DNA of 64,000 nt from Eutreptiella sp. 'Long Island Sound 2002' (taxonomy: Eukaryota > Protista > Euglenida): positions 180,854,001 to 180,918,000 of the forward strand of contig OZ038378.1 in NCBI GenBank assembly GCA_964036045.1, written 5' to 3'. This document shows, piece by piece, positions 9,672-23,484 of this stretch. The notes below the pieces were generated by a model that worked only from the letters and a program-made list of their open reading frames with translations, was not told the origin of the DNA and searched no databases. Both the position numbers and the translations under genes were made by a program. Each line of letters opens with the position of its first letter. Positions within the stretch are counted from its first letter, which is position 1.

Positions 9672-11015
9672 TTAATCCTTTCCCAGCAGCTGTGCCAGGG
9701 TGGTAACCCCGAAGCGCTGCGGGGCATTGGTTTCCTTGACGTCCTTGCCCACCAATTTGCCTTTCACAACGTACTCCTTGCCCATGTGGGTCTGCGCCCA
9801 GGACATCACCATGTCCATGACGGGGGTGTCGTAGCCGACAATGTCAGCAATGCCCTTGTAGATGCAGAGACCCAAGGGGATGTCTTCCGTAAAGTAGCGG
9901 TTCTTGAAGTCGGGCACCCAGCCACCACCCTCCTCCTTCAATGGGGAGCGGAAGCCCTTGTAGCAAGGGGCGGTGGCAAAGAAGGTCTTTGTACTTGTAA
10001 GGTCCGGCTTGTCATCCTCGTAGACCCATCCGAGGAAGTCTTTGATGTGCGGGATCTTGAGGTCCACACCCGACTGCTCCTTGATGGTCTCTCCGATCAT
10101 CTGCAGCTCCAAATTGACAGCGTCCATCAGTCCAGCGCTGGCCTCATCAATGGCCTCATAGAATAGAGGATTCTCCGGCAGTGTTTTACCCGGGCGCCAC
10201 TTGTCGCAGATGCGGAACACGCGCTGGGGATGGATGATGGCATTGATGGGGTACATTGTGGCTGCCAACAAGTGGGCCAGGGGTTCGGAGCTCGCCTGGA
10301 ACATGCACGCCGTGATCTCGCAGCACTCCGCAGTCTTTGTGGGTGGCAGGGCTCCCACGCGGTACTTCTTCTTAAGGACCTGCACATGCACCTGCTTCCC
10401 AAAATCCGTGATACGGCAGTTCAGGGGCATGGGCATGACGGCAAAGAAGATCAGTTCCTTCATCTTTGGCCCTAGCACCTCACGAGCCACCCAGTCAAAG
10501 CCGCCCTGGCCGGGGGTTATGCCCACGTATGTACCGGGCTTCACGTGGTCTTTGAGGTCCTTAAGTACGCTGGGATACGCAAACGAGGGCAGTGGCATGA
10601 TCAGCACATTGCACTCCGGCACCACCTCTGCAGGGTCCTTGGAGATCTTATCAGGCTTGCCCATAGTGATGGTGTCGTCTGACCAGTGGACCTTCATGCC
10701 GCCCTGCTCATTGATCCCCTTTCGGATCCTCTCCGCCTCGTCACCGAACCCGCACCACATATTGCACGGGATCCCGAACGAGGGCAGGATGCAGGCGAAG
10801 GCCTGGGCGGCGTTCCCACCACCAACAATGCACACCTTTTTGATCAAGGGGCTAATGGGAACCTTGGGCCTTTCATGCATAGCCTTCTTGGCCATCCAGT
10901 CATGCAAATATGGCAGAGCTGCTGCCGGTTGATCCTTCACAAGGCCTGTGATCATGTCGTTGATCAACTGTGGTACGTTGTGCTGGACCAAATAGCTGAG
11001 GTCTTCGGTACTCAT
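9672..11015 (-). CDS. odh: D/D-opine dehydrogenase fusion, copy 2
   Basis: Translation identical to copy 1; CAT at 11013-11015. Confidence 0.93.
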   Translation of the reverse strand: MSTEDLSYLVQHNVPQLINDMITGLVKDQPAAALPYLHDWMAKKAMHERPKVPISPLIKKVCIVGGGNAAQAFACILPSFGIPCNMWCGFGDEAERIRKGINEQGGMKVHWSDDTITMGKPDKISKDPAEVVPECNVLIMPLPSFAYPSVLKDLKDHVKPGTYVGITPGQGGFDWVAREVLGPKMKELIFFAVMPMPLNCRITDFGKQVHVQVLKKKYRVGALPPTKTAECCEITACMFQASSEPLAHLLAATMYPINAIIHPQRVFRICDKWRPGKTLPENPLFYEAIDEASAGLMDAVNLELQMIGETIKEQSGVDLKIPHIKDFLGWVYEDDKPDLTSTKTFFATAPCYKGFRSPLKEEGGGWVPDFKNRYFTEDIPLGLCIYKGIADIVGYDTPVMDMVMSWAQTHMGKEYVVKGKLVGKDVKETNAPQRFGVTTLAQLLGKD

Positions 11016-13298
11016 GGTGACAAGATCAAAAATAGCCTGTGTGCAGTGGTACATAAAAAATTCAGATTGACATACACGAGGGGAGACAACAGGAGATGGC
11101 ACAGGCAGGGGTTGCATGTGTGTGTATGTGTGTGTGTGTTCATGGGCCAAACCCAAATTTGCTTATGACAAACATCAATTTGTTTCTGTGGGGGAGGCGC
11201 TCAATACCCTTTTTGGCTTCTGTCTGTATGACGGCCGCTGGTCTTTCATAAGCTACTTGTGCCACTTTCCCTTTTTGATTCTTTGTACCTATGTTCATAT
11301 CTCAGATGTGGATGCAGTGGTCATTGTGAGAGAGTCCAAAGGATTTATTGCATAGGATATGTCTCTCGTGACGGTGCATGCATATCATGGTCCAGCTTGT
11401 GACCTAAATGCCACACAGCAGGAGCAAAACATATGGTGACACCCTGAAAGCTAGCTTGCATCCCAACAATCTGGTAAGATCCGGAAATTCTCCCTCCATC
11501 TCCCTACCATCTCCCTGCCATCTCCCTACACTTCCCTTCATCTCCTTCATCTACTTCCGGTATACTTCATCACTCAGCCATCTCCCTTCATCTTTGTGCA
11601 TCTCTGTGGATCTCTCTACATCTCCCTACATCTCCTTACCATCTGCCTACATCTCCACTATAACGGAGAATGTATTCCTAAAGTCCATGGGGGGTAGGAG
11701 ATATGCCTCCAAATGCAAAACTGTACTAACGATCCAGGCCGTTGTTTGATTCTGCAGACGAGTTGCGGTGGGGCTTTTTTTGGTTGGCTTTTTTGGGGGG
11801 GTGGATTTTTTTTTTGAAAATGTGGGTTCCTTGTCAGGGACCCTCACTCACCCAACCGTCAGCATACACTGTGGGTCTGCTGGCTGGGTCCCATACTGCT
11901 GGTGCCAGGGGCGCAGGAAGAGAATGTTTCTTTTGATTTTCCTTGTGTTGGTCAGTCAGACAGCTGGTGGGTCTCTCTGGGCACACACCGTGCGCTGTGT
12001 GAAATTTTGGACACGTTTTCTCCCTTCGCCTAGGGAGCTGTAGACCTGGCAGTGCTTTCCACCAAACTGTTTAACACAGATGAAATGTAAATTCAGCCCT
12101 TGTGCCCAGAGGAGGGCACGCAGAGATCCAAGTTGGCTGAAGTGATTGGGACAGTGGGCAGAAGCCCTGCTGTTCAAGAGCAGAGAGTTATCAACAGCTC
12201 CACCACAGTGCTTATGGTAACAGAGGAATCACAGATCTTTGGCTGCCTGCAAAACTTGTGTCCCGATGGGCCACTGGGTGATGTGTGTTTGCAATGTTGG
12301 GTGATAACTTGGCGACTTGGAATTCTTCAGCAGCACCATTGGGGCTCCTGTGATGGGCTCTCATGCTTTCCTCATTGCCCTCTCACCAACAGTAGCAGCT
12401 AGTAACAGCTGAGTACGTGTCAATATGATCAACATCCACGGCTGAAATTGCGAAAAACTAAGCGTTCTGCATGGCACAGGGTACAGCATAATGCCTTGCA
12501 TACAATAAATTCACAGCAATTCACCAATAATACCAGCTTGCCCAACCAGACAGACACACGGAAGAACCTCACCATCCAACCCGGTAATGAAAATTGGAAC
12601 ACTCAAAGTTGGTGGTATCCCTGCCACTGGAAACACAAGGGTGGGTGTTTCTCAAGGGGGAAGGAGGGTACACTAACACTGGTTCTCCATGCCCTTTAGA
12701 TGCCACTGCATTTTGTTCAATAACTTGTGTATGCTGTGCCATATGCCATGGCCAGGTTGCATTTGGCCCATGCCCATCGTACCTGATTGCCCAGTTACAC
12801 TTCCCACCACCCATGAAGGCTGGTGTTTGCCTAATGACCTGCTGAAAAATGTCCTTCACAATGTTGCATATTTGTTCTACCTCATCCAGGTGTCGCAGCA
12901 CCTGTTGACACTGCCGGTGCCACATTTGGGATCGCCGACTGCGTTAGTCTGAGAGCAAAATTGCACGTTCACTGACCTTTGTGTTTCTCCACAAAGGTGA
13001 TCACTGTTTCACATTCCACTGGACAGGGACCAACACAGGGCTAACTGCATTCAGAGCAAGAGTTGCAGTGAACAGGGAGGCAGGCTCCTGCCGTCTCGGC
13101 AGCCATGGAATGGGGAAGACTCAAGAAGGCTACACAACACGCTACCCAAAGCAGGAAAGACTCAACATGGTAAAACCCTACCATCTTAGGTTTTGTACTG
13201 CAAGGAGGACTGAAATTTGCCATAAACCTACCCAATTTTGCACAAGGTGCCCATTTCTGTACCCCCCCACTCAGGGTTTTTCTTAACCACAGGGTCAC

Positions 13299-13932
13299 TT
13301 GGAGGGTCTCTAGGGAGGGTCCGGGTTGCCCGTGAGGGTCTTGCGGGAAGTTGTGAGTCTTTCTAGATGGTCTCTGCGGAGGGTCTTCCTAGAGGGTCTC
13401 TGAGTAGGGTCTCTGTGGAGGGTCTCCATAGAGGGTCTCTGAGGAGGGTCTCTGTGGAGGGTCTCTGTGGAGGGTCTCTCGAGAGGTCTCCCTAGGATCT
13501 GCTTGGAGGATCTCTGCAGAGAGTCTCCCTAGAGGGCCTCCCATGGGGTTCCCCTGGGAGGGTGTCTTGGAGGGGTCTCTGTAGAGGAGCTCATGGGAGG
13601 GTCACCTAGAGGGTCTCCAAGGAGGGTCCGGGTCTCCTGGGAGGTTGTGAGTCTCCCAAGATGGTCTCCATGGAGGGTCACTGTGGAGGGTCTCCATGGA
13701 GGGTCCACTTGGAGGGTCTCTCGGGAGGTCTCCTGAGAGAATCTCCTTGGAGGATCTCCGCAGAGGTTCTCCTTGAAGGGTCTCCCTGCAGGCTCCCGGG
13801 AGGGTCCAGGTCGCCTGCGAGGGTATCCTGGGAGGTTGTGAGTCTCCCTCAATGGTCTCCCTAGATGGTCTTGATAGATGGTCTCTGTGGAGGGTCTCCT
13901 TAGAGGGTCTCTTGGGAGGTCTCCCTGGAGGA
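13299..13932. repeat. GGAGGGTCTC satellite, spacer 2
   Basis: Appears identical to 7615-8248. Confidence 0.9.
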
Positions 13933-16287
13933 TTTCCGACACACAATAAGAAAATCCCTGCTCCCACTACCCTTGCAAGAACAATGGTAAAAGCACTGAA
14001 AATGAGAGAAACAACGCCTCCTGTTGTACTGACAAGGGCGTTGTTTGCGCGCACCGTGAACTGACACAAGCAGCAAAGCAATGCATCACTGAGGCCCAGA
14101 CAGCCATCCCTATGGAGGTGCATCAAAGTCATGTACTGAAGAGAGGAGCAAAAAGTAGCAGGACAGTCATCAATGAAAAGAGAAAAATGGCGGAAAACAC
14201 CTGGTGTTGTTCTGACAAAGGCATTGTTCTCACAGGGGATTTGCTTTTTGGCCTGCCATTGAAACTGGTAGTAGCGGTGGTACATGGGCTGTGGTGAAAT
14301 AAATCATAGTCGGGGATGGATGCTAAGGTAGCTTCGTTGTTGGACCTACGTGGTACACATGTGAGTGAAAAAGGAATGTCGATATGCAGTTCTGTGCGAC
14401 GCGATCATGTGTGCATAAGGCAAAAGCGTTGTAATAGAATCCTCCTCAACATGGGAGGATAGAGTGTTATGGCACATAAAATTGTCCGACTGACATAAAC
14501 AAGGGCAGACAAAAGTACCCGGCACAGGCAGGGGGTGCATGTGTGTGTGTGCATGGCCAGATGTGATGATGTGATGCGAAGCTGGTGGTTCATGCCATAT
14601 GATATGAAGATCTTGGATTCAGGCTTTCGGAATTGCACTGCACGCTCGTGCACCAACATCTTGTAATACTGGCAATGTCGCAGTGTTTTCCACTAAACAG
14701 CATTTTTTGCATCTGGATGTTACCATTTGTTGCAGGGGTTTCTCTTGATCCGTCTGCTATCATCAACTTCACTTTGCATGCTTCCTGGTATTATGGCACT
14801 GTGCATGTGCTTTGTCTTTTGATTGACCACCAATCGTGCAGTGGCTTCAAATGCAAGGCAGTCCCAGGGAGGGGTGGGGGGGGGGGGGCGCCCCGCCAGC
14901 GCCCTATTCTCCTCAGATGATCTGTTGGACACCACCAGTCGCTTACCCTTGCCCTTTCCTAAATTTGCTTTGATAGGCCCCTAATCTTTGATCGTGGCCT
15001 CCTGGCGACATGTGCTTTGTGCATGCTTCGGAGTCCAGGGCAAGTTCCACAAAAGGAGTTCCTCCTTGCGGTCTCATTGGTCGGAACGGTAACCCCAACC
15101 TGAGCCAGGGTGTAGTCGGTTGGCATGGTTGCTCATTGCGCATTTGCTTTTTGGTCTGCCATTGAAACTGGTAGTAGCGGTGGTACATGGGCCATGGTGA
15201 AATAAACCATAGTCGGGGATGGATGCTAAGGTAGCTTTGTTGTTGGACCTACGGGAAATAACATACACATGCAGGCGAACAAGCAGGCTGAATGAGAACG
15301 GAATGTCGATAAGCAGTTCTGTGCGACAGATGTGCACATATGCATAGCCTGGCAGAAACGTTACAATAGATACCTCCTCAACATGGGAGGATAGAGTGTT
15401 ATGGCACATAAAATTGTCCGACTGACATAAACAAGGGCAGACAAAAGTACCCGGCACAGGCAGGGGGTGCATGTGTGTGTGTGTGTGCATGGCCAGATGT
15501 GATGATGTGATGCGAAGCTGGTGGTTCATGCCATATGATATGAAGATCTTGGATTCAGGCTTTCGGAATTGCACTGCACGCTCGTGCACCAACATCTTGT
15601 ACAGGATAGACTCGCTCCAAAAAAACCTAGAATCACAACCTTCACGTGCAATGACAAGGTGGAACCTGCCCAACGTCTGTCCTCCGTACCGCTGGCGTGT
15701 CTTTAGGTGGTACGACTGTACCAGGAGGCAACGGTTGATGGGCAGTCGCAGGGGCTGGTTCGCGGCAAGAACAAAGCAGCACAAGCCGCAGGGCGAATCG
15801 ATATTGGTATTGGTGTACTGGTACCACCCCTGACCAATCATGAAACAAACAAACAGGGCACATACAGAGACTGCCACACGTCAGTGCCACGGCAGTGCAT
15901 CGTGCCTGACAGGGCTTGTGGCAGGTGGGATGGGAGGACCACGAGGAGCGGGTCTCCTGGATGGGGGTTCCTTGCTGGAACCTCAGTGATGGGTCCAGGT
16001 GTGTGTGTATGAGGGCGGGAGTGCTCCCCTGATGGCTGCGGACTGCAAACCGGTTGCGTCTCGCTGCCACTTCAGAACTGGCCCTGAATCGTCGATCTAT
16101 CTCCACTCACTGCCTGTACAGGTCATGTCACAAATCAGATGCATGGCGCTCCGTTTGTGCATGGTTCATAGGATAGCCACACATCTCCTAAACTGGTTGG
16201 CTGGATGATGAAAACCAGCCTCGCTTCATGCCGTTCGTCATACCCATTTACATGGGCACAACGCAACACCAACGGGTTGGTTCGTGG

Positions 16288-17631
16288 TTAATCCTTTCCC
16301 AGCAGCTGTGCCAGGGTGGTAACCCCGAAGCGCTGCGGGGCATTGGTTTCCTTGACGTCCTTGCCCACCAATTTGCCTTTCACAACGTACTCCTTGCCCA
16401 TGTGGGTCTGCGCCCAGGACATCACCATGTCCATGACGGGGGTGTCGTAGCCGACAATGTCAGCAATGCCCTTGTAGATGCAGAGACCCAAGGGGATGTC
16501 TTCCGTAAAGTAGCGGTTCTTGAAGTCGGGCACCCAGCCACCACCCTCCTCCTTCAATGGGGAGCGGAAGCCCTTGTAGCAAGGGGCGGTGGCAAAGAAG
16601 GTCTTTGTACTTGTAAGGTCCGGCTTGTCATCCTCGTAGACCCATCCGAGGAAGTCTTTGATGTGCGGGATCTTGAGGTCCACACCCGACTGCTCCTTGA
16701 TGGTCTCTCCGATCATCTGCAGCTCCAAATTGACAGCGTCCATCAGTCCAGCGCTGGCCTCATCAATGGCCTCATAGAATAGAGGATTCTCCGGCAGTGT
16801 TTTACCCGGGCGCCACTTGTCGCAGATGCGGAACACGCGCTGGGGATGGATGATGGCATTGATGGGGTACATTGTGGCTGCCAACAAGTGGGCCAGGGGT
16901 TCGGAGCTCGCCTGGAACATGCACGCCGTGATCTCGCAGCACTCCGCAGTCTTTGTGGGTGGCAGGGCTCCCACGCGGTACTTCTTCTTAAGGACCTGCA
17001 CATGCACCTGCTTCCCAAAATCCGTGATACGGCAGTTCAGGGGCATGGGCATGACGGCAAAGAAGATCAGTTCCTTCATCTTTGGCCCTAGCACCTCACG
17101 AGCCACCCAGTCAAAGCCGCCCTGGCCGGGGGTTATGCCCACGTATGTACCGGGCTTCACGTGGTCTTTGAGGTCCTTAAGTACGCTGGGATACGCAAAC
17201 GAGGGCAGTGGCATGATCAGCACATTGCACTCCGGCACCACCTCTGCAGGGTCCTTGGAGATCTTATCAGGCTTGCCCATAGTGATGGTGTCGTCTGACC
17301 AGTGGACCTTCATGCCGCCCTGCTCATTGATCCCCTTTCGGATCCTCTCCGCCTCGTCACCGAACCCGCACCACATATTGCACGGGATCCCGAACGAGGG
17401 CAGGATGCAGGCGAAGGCCTGGGCGGCGTTCCCACCACCAACAATGCACACCTTTTTGATCAAGGGGCTAATGGGAACCTTGGGCCTTTCATGCATAGCC
17501 TTCTTGGCCATCCAGTCATGCAAATATGGCAGAGCTGCTGCCGGTTGATCCTTCACAAGGCCTGTGATCATGTCGTTGATCAACTGTGGTACGTTGTGCT
17601 GGACCAAATAGCTGAGGTCTTCGGTACTCAT
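16288..17631 (-). CDS. odh: D/D-opine dehydrogenase fusion, copy 3
   Basis: Translation identical to copy 1; CAT at 17629-17631. Confidence 0.93.
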   Translation of the reverse strand: MSTEDLSYLVQHNVPQLINDMITGLVKDQPAAALPYLHDWMAKKAMHERPKVPISPLIKKVCIVGGGNAAQAFACILPSFGIPCNMWCGFGDEAERIRKGINEQGGMKVHWSDDTITMGKPDKISKDPAEVVPECNVLIMPLPSFAYPSVLKDLKDHVKPGTYVGITPGQGGFDWVAREVLGPKMKELIFFAVMPMPLNCRITDFGKQVHVQVLKKKYRVGALPPTKTAECCEITACMFQASSEPLAHLLAATMYPINAIIHPQRVFRICDKWRPGKTLPENPLFYEAIDEASAGLMDAVNLELQMIGETIKEQSGVDLKIPHIKDFLGWVYEDDKPDLTSTKTFFATAPCYKGFRSPLKEEGGGWVPDFKNRYFTEDIPLGLCIYKGIADIVGYDTPVMDMVMSWAQTHMGKEYVVKGKLVGKDVKETNAPQRFGVTTLAQLLGKD

Positions 17632-20121
17632 GGTGACAAGATCAAAAATAGCCTGTGTGCAGTGGTACATAAAAAATTCAGATTGACATACACGAGGGGA
17701 GACAACAGGAGATGGCACAGGCAGGGGTTGCATGTGTGTGTATGTGTGTGTGTGTTCATGGGCCAAACCCAAATTTGCTTATGGCAAACATCAATTTGTT
17801 TCTGTGGGGGAGGCGCTCAATACCCTTTTTGGCTTCTGTCTGTATGACGGCCGCTGGTCTTTCATAAGCTACTTGTGCCACTTTCCCTTTTTGATTCTTT
17901 GTACCTATGTTCATATCTCAGATGTGGATGCAGTGGTCATTGTGAGAGAGTCCAAAGGATTTATTGCATAGGATATGTCTCTCGTGACGGTGCATGCATA
18001 TCATGGTCCAGCTTGTGACCTAAATGCCACACAGCAGGAGCAAAACATATGGTGACACCCTGAAAGCTAGCTTGCATCCCAACAATCTGGTAAGATCCGG
18101 AAATTTCCCCCTCCCTACCATCTCCCTGCCATCTCCCTACACTTCCCTTCATCTCCTTCATCTACTTCCAGTATACTTCATCACTCAGCCATCTCCCTTC
18201 ATCTTTGTGCATCTCTGTGGATCTCTCTACATCTCCCTACATCTCCTTGCCATCTGCCTACATCTCCACTATAACGGAGAATGTATTCCTAAAGTCCATG
18301 GGGGGTAGGAGATATGCCTCCAAATGCAAAACTGTGCTAACAATTCACGCCATGACGTGAGAGGCCAATGAGGAAAGCATGAGAGCCCATCACAGGAGCC
18401 CCAATGGTGCTGCTGAAGAATTGCAAGTCGCCAAGTTATCACCCAACATTGCAAACACGGATCACCCAGCGGCCCATCGGGACACAAGTTTTGCAGGCAG
18501 CCAAAGATCTGTGATTCCTCTGTTACCATAAGCACTGTGGTGGAGCTGTTGATAACTCTCTGCTCTTGAACAGCAGGGCTTCTGCCCACTGTCCCAATCA
18601 CTTCAGCCAACTTGGATCTCTGCGTGCCCTCCTCTGGGCACAAGGGCTGAATTTACATTTCATCTGTGTTAAACAGTTTGGTGGAAAGCACTGCCAGGTC
18701 TACAGCTCCCTAGGCGAAGGGAGAAAACGTGTCCAAAATTTCACACAGCGCACGGTGCGTGCCCAGAGAGACCCACTAGCTGACTAACTGACCAACACAA
18801 GGAAAATCAAAAGAAACATTCTCTTCCTGCGCCCCTGGCACCAGAAGTATGGGACCCAGCCAGCAGACCCACAGTGTATGCTGACGGTTGGGTGAGTGGG
18901 GGTCCCTGACAAGGAACCCACACTTTTCAAAAAAAAAATCCACCCCCCAAAAAAGCCAACCAAAAAAAGCCCCACCGCAACTCGTCTGCAGAATCAAACA
19001 ACGGCCTGGGCCTGATGATGTACCCATAGAGAGCAAAGTGAAACAGATGTAATTGCCCAATCCGCCCATTGCCCAACTACCATGGGAGCACAACTATGTG
19101 TCCCCACAGTGCCACAGGGCTCATGTGATGGACCAGTAGTCAGCACCACACTCTAATGGTCCCAGAATCTTGGCAAGCACAGCACTGCCCTGTGACCGTT
19201 GGAAATCGACAACAGTAGCAGCTAGTAGCAGCTGAGTACGTGTCAATATGATCAACATCCACGGCTGAAATTGCGAAAAACTAAGCGTTCTGCATGGCAC
19301 AGGGTACAGCATAATGACTTGCATACAATAAATTCACAGCAATTCACCAATAATACCAGCTTGCCCAACCAGACAGACACACGGAAGAACCTCACCATCC
19401 AACCCGGTAATGAAAATTGGAACACTCAAAGTTGGTGGTATCCCTGCCACTGGAAACACAAGGGTGGGTGTTTCTCAAGGGGGAAGGAGGGTACACTAAC
19501 ACTGGTTCTCCATGCCCTTTAGATGCCACTGCATTTTGTTCAATAACTTGTGTATGCTGTGCCATATGCCATGGCCAGGTTGCATTTGGCCCATGCCCAT
19601 CGTACCTGATTGCCCAGTTACACTTCCCACCACCCATGAAGGCTGGTGTTTGCCTAATGACCTGCTGAAAAATGTCCTTCACAATGTTGCATATTTGTTC
19701 TACCTCATCCAGGTGTCGCAGCACCTGTTGACACTGCCGGTGCCACATTTGGGATCGCCGACTGCGTTAGTCTGAGAGCAAAATTGCACGTTCACTGACC
19801 TTTGTGTTTCTCCACAAAGGTGATCACTGTTTCACATTCCACTGGACAGGGACCAACACAGGGCTAACTGCATTCAGAGCAAGAGTTGCAGTGAACAGGG
19901 AGGCAGGCTCCTGCCGTCTCGGCAGCCATGGAATGGGGAAGACTCAAGAAGGCTACACAACACGCTACCCAAAGCAGGAAAGACTCAACATGGTAAAACC
20001 CTACCATCTTAGGTTTTGTACTGCAAGGAGGACTGAAATTTGCCATAAACCTACCCAATTTTGCACAAGGTGCCCATTTCTGTACCCCCCCACTCAGGGT
20101 TTTTCTTAACCACAGGGTCAC

Positions 20122-20717
20122 TTGGAGGGTCTCTAGGGAGGGTCCGGGTTGCCCGTGAGGGTCTTGCGGGAAGTTGTGAGTCTTTCTAGATGGTCTCTGC
20201 GTAGGGTCTTCCTAGAGGGTCTCTGAGTAGGGTCTCTGTGGAGGGTCTCTGTGGAGGGTCTCTCGAGAGGTCTCCCTAGGATCTGCTTGGAGGATCTCTG
20301 CAGAGAGTCTCCCTAGAGAGCCTCCCATGGGGTTCCCCCGGGAGGGTGTCTTGGAGGGGTCTCTGTGGAGGAGCTCATGGGAGGGTCACCTAGAGGGTCT
20401 CCAAGGAGGGTCCGGGTCTCCTGGGAGGTTGTGAGTCTCCCTAGATGGTCTCCATGGAGGGTCACTGTGGAGGGTCTCCATGGAGGGTCCACTTGGAGGG
20501 TCTCTCGGGAGGTCTCCTGAGAGAATCTCCTTGGAGGATCTCCGCAGAGGTTCTCCTTGAAGGGTCTCCCTTGAGGATCTTTAGGAGGGTCCAGGTCGCC
20601 TGCGAGGGTATCCTGGGAGGTTGTGAGTCTCCCTCAATGGTCTCCCTAGATGGTCTTGATAGATGGTCTCTGTGGAGGGTCTCCTTAGAGGGTCTCTTGG
20701 GAGGTCTCCCTGGAGGA
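20122..20717. repeat. GGAGGGTCTC satellite, spacer 3 (shorter variant)
   Basis: Lacks a ~36-bp internal block present in spacers 1 and 2. Confidence 0.9.
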
Positions 20718-22140
20718 TTTCCGACACACAATAAGAAAATCCCTGCTCCCACTACCCTTGCAAGAACAATGGTAAAAGCACTGAAAATGAGAGAAACAAC
20801 GCCTCCTGTTGTACTGACAAGGGCGTTGTTTGCGCGCACCGTGAACTGACACAAGCAGCAAAGCAATGCATCACTGAGGCCCAGACAGCCATCCCTATGG
20901 AGGTGCATCAAAGTCATGTACTGAAGAGAGGAGCAAAAAGTAGCAGGACAGTCATCAATGAAAAGAGAAAAATGGCGGAAAACACCTGGTGTTGTTCTGA
21001 CAAAGGCATTGTTCTCACAGGGGATTTGCTTTTTGGCCTGCCATTGAAACTGGTAGTAGCGGTGGTACATGGGCTGTGGTGAAATAAATCATAGTCGGGG
21101 ATGGATGCTAAGGTAGCTTCGTTGTTGGACCTACGTGGTACACATGTGAGTGAAAAAGGAATGTCGATATGCAGTTCTGTGCGACGCGATCATGTGTGCA
21201 TAAGGCAAAAGCGTTGTAATAGAATCCTCCTCAACATGGGAGGATAGAGTGTTATGGTACATATAATTGTCCGACTGACATAAACAAGGGCAGACAAAAG
21301 TACCCGGCACAGGCAGGGGGTGCATGTGTGTGTGTGTGTGCATGGCCAGATGTGATGATGTGATGCGAAGCTGGTGGTTCATGCCATATGATATGAAGAT
21401 CTTGGATTCAGGCTTTCGGAATTGCACTGCACGCTCGTGCACCAACATCTTGTACAGGGTAGACTCGCTCCAAAAAAACCTAGAATCACAACCTTCACGT
21501 GCAATGACAAGGTGGAACCTGCCCAACGTCTGTCCTCCGTACCGCTGGCGTGTCTTTAGGTGGTGTGACTGTACCAGGAGGCAACGGTTGATGGGCAGTC
21601 GCAGGGGCTGGTTCGCGGCAAGAACAAAGCAGCACAAGCCGCAGGGCAAATCGATATTGGTATTGGTGTACTGGTACCACCCCTGACCAATCATGAAACA
21701 AACAAACAGGGCACATACAGAGACTGCCACACGTCAGTGCCACGGCAGTGCATCGTGCCTGACAGGGCTTGTGGCAGGTGGGATGGGAGGACCACGAGGA
21801 GCGGGTCTCCTGGATGGGGGTTCCTTGCTGGAACCTCAGTGATGGGTCCAGGTGTGTGTGTATGAGGGCGGGAGTGCTCCCCTGATGGCTGCGGACTGCA
21901 AACTGGTTGCGTCTCGCTGCCACTTCAGAACTGGCCCTGAATCGTCGATCTATCTGCACTCACTGCCTGTACAGGTCATGTCACAAATCAGATGCATGGC
22001 GCTTCGTTTGTGCATGGTTCATAGGATAGCCACACATCTCCTAAACTGGTTGGCTGGATGATGAAAACCAGCCTCGCTTCATGCCGTTCGTCATACCCAT
22101 TTACATGGGCACAACGCAACACCAACGGGTTGGTTCGTGG

Positions 22141-23484
22141 TTAATCCTTTCCCAGCAGCTGTGCCAGGGTGGTAACCCCGAAGCGCTGCGGGGCATTGGT
22201 TTCCTTGACGTCCTTGCCCACCAATTTGCCTTTCACAACGTACTCCTTGCCCATGTGGGTCTGCGCCCAGGACATCACCATGTCCATGACGGGGGTGTCG
22301 TAGCCGACAATGTCAGCAATGCCCTTGTAGATGCAGAGACCCAAGGGGATGTCTTCCGTAAAGTAGCGGTTCTTGAAGTCGGGCACCCAGCCACCACCCT
22401 CCTCCTTCAATGGGGAGCGGAAGCCCTTGTAGCAAGGGGCGGTGGCAAAGAAGGTCTTTGTACTTGTAAGGTCCGGCTTGTCATCCTCGTAGACCCATCC
22501 GAGGAAGTCTTTGATGTGCGGGATCTTGAGGTCCACACCCGACTGCTCCTTGATGGTCTCTCCGATCATCTGCAGCTCCAAATTGACAGCGTCCATCAGT
22601 CCAGCGCTGGCCTCATCAATGGCCTCATAGAATAGAGGATTCTCCGGCAGTGTTTTACCCGGGCGCCACTTGTCGCAGATGCGGAACACGCGCTGGGGAT
22701 GGATGATGGCATTGATGGGGTACATTGTGGCTGCCAACAAGTGGGCCAGGGGTTCGGAGCTCGCCTGGAACATGCACGCCGTGATCTCGCAGCACTCCGC
22801 AGTCTTTGTGGGTGGCAGGGCTCCCACGCGGTACTTCTTCTTAAGGACCTGCACATGCACCTGCTTCCCAAAATCCGTGATACGGCAGTTCAGGGGCATG
22901 GGCATGACGGCAAAGAAGATCAGTTCCTTCATCTTTGGCCCTAGCACCTCACGAGCCACCCAGTCAAAGCCGCCCTGGCCGGGGGTTATGCCCACGTATG
23001 TACCGGGCTTCACGTGGTCTTTGAGGTCCTTAAGTACGCTGGGATACGCAAACGAGGGCAGTGGCATGATCAGCACATTGCACTCCGGCACCACCTCTGC
23101 AGGGTCCTTGGAGATCTTATCAGGCTTGCCCATAGTGATGGTGTCGTCTGACCAGTGGACCTTCATGCCGCCCTGCTCATTGATCCCCTTTCGGATCCTC
23201 TCCGCCTCGTCGCCGAACCCGCACCACATATTGCACGGGATCCCGAACGAGGGCAGGATGCAGGCGAAGGCCTGGGCGGCGTTCCCACCACCAACAATGC
23301 ACACCTTTTTGATCAAGGGGCTAATGGGAACCTTGGGCCTTTCATGCATAGCCTTCTTGGCCATCCAGTCATGCAAATATGGCAGAGCTGCTGCCGGTTG
23401 ATCCTTCACAAGGCCTGTGATCATGTCGTTGATCAACTGTGGTACGTTGTGCTGGACCAAATAGCTGAGGTCTTCGGTACTCAT
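22141..23484 (-). CDS. odh: D/D-opine dehydrogenase fusion, copy 4
   Basis: Translation identical; one synonymous change seen near 23212 (GGT to GGC, Gly). Confidence 0.93.
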   Translation of the reverse strand: MSTEDLSYLVQHNVPQLINDMITGLVKDQPAAALPYLHDWMAKKAMHERPKVPISPLIKKVCIVGGGNAAQAFACILPSFGIPCNMWCGFGDEAERIRKGINEQGGMKVHWSDDTITMGKPDKISKDPAEVVPECNVLIMPLPSFAYPSVLKDLKDHVKPGTYVGITPGQGGFDWVAREVLGPKMKELIFFAVMPMPLNCRITDFGKQVHVQVLKKKYRVGALPPTKTAECCEITACMFQASSEPLAHLLAATMYPINAIIHPQRVFRICDKWRPGKTLPENPLFYEAIDEASAGLMDAVNLELQMIGETIKEQSGVDLKIPHIKDFLGWVYEDDKPDLTSTKTFFATAPCYKGFRSPLKEEGGGWVPDFKNRYFTEDIPLGLCIYKGIADIVGYDTPVMDMVMSWAQTHMGKEYVVKGKLVGKDVKETNAPQRFGVTTLAQLLGKD

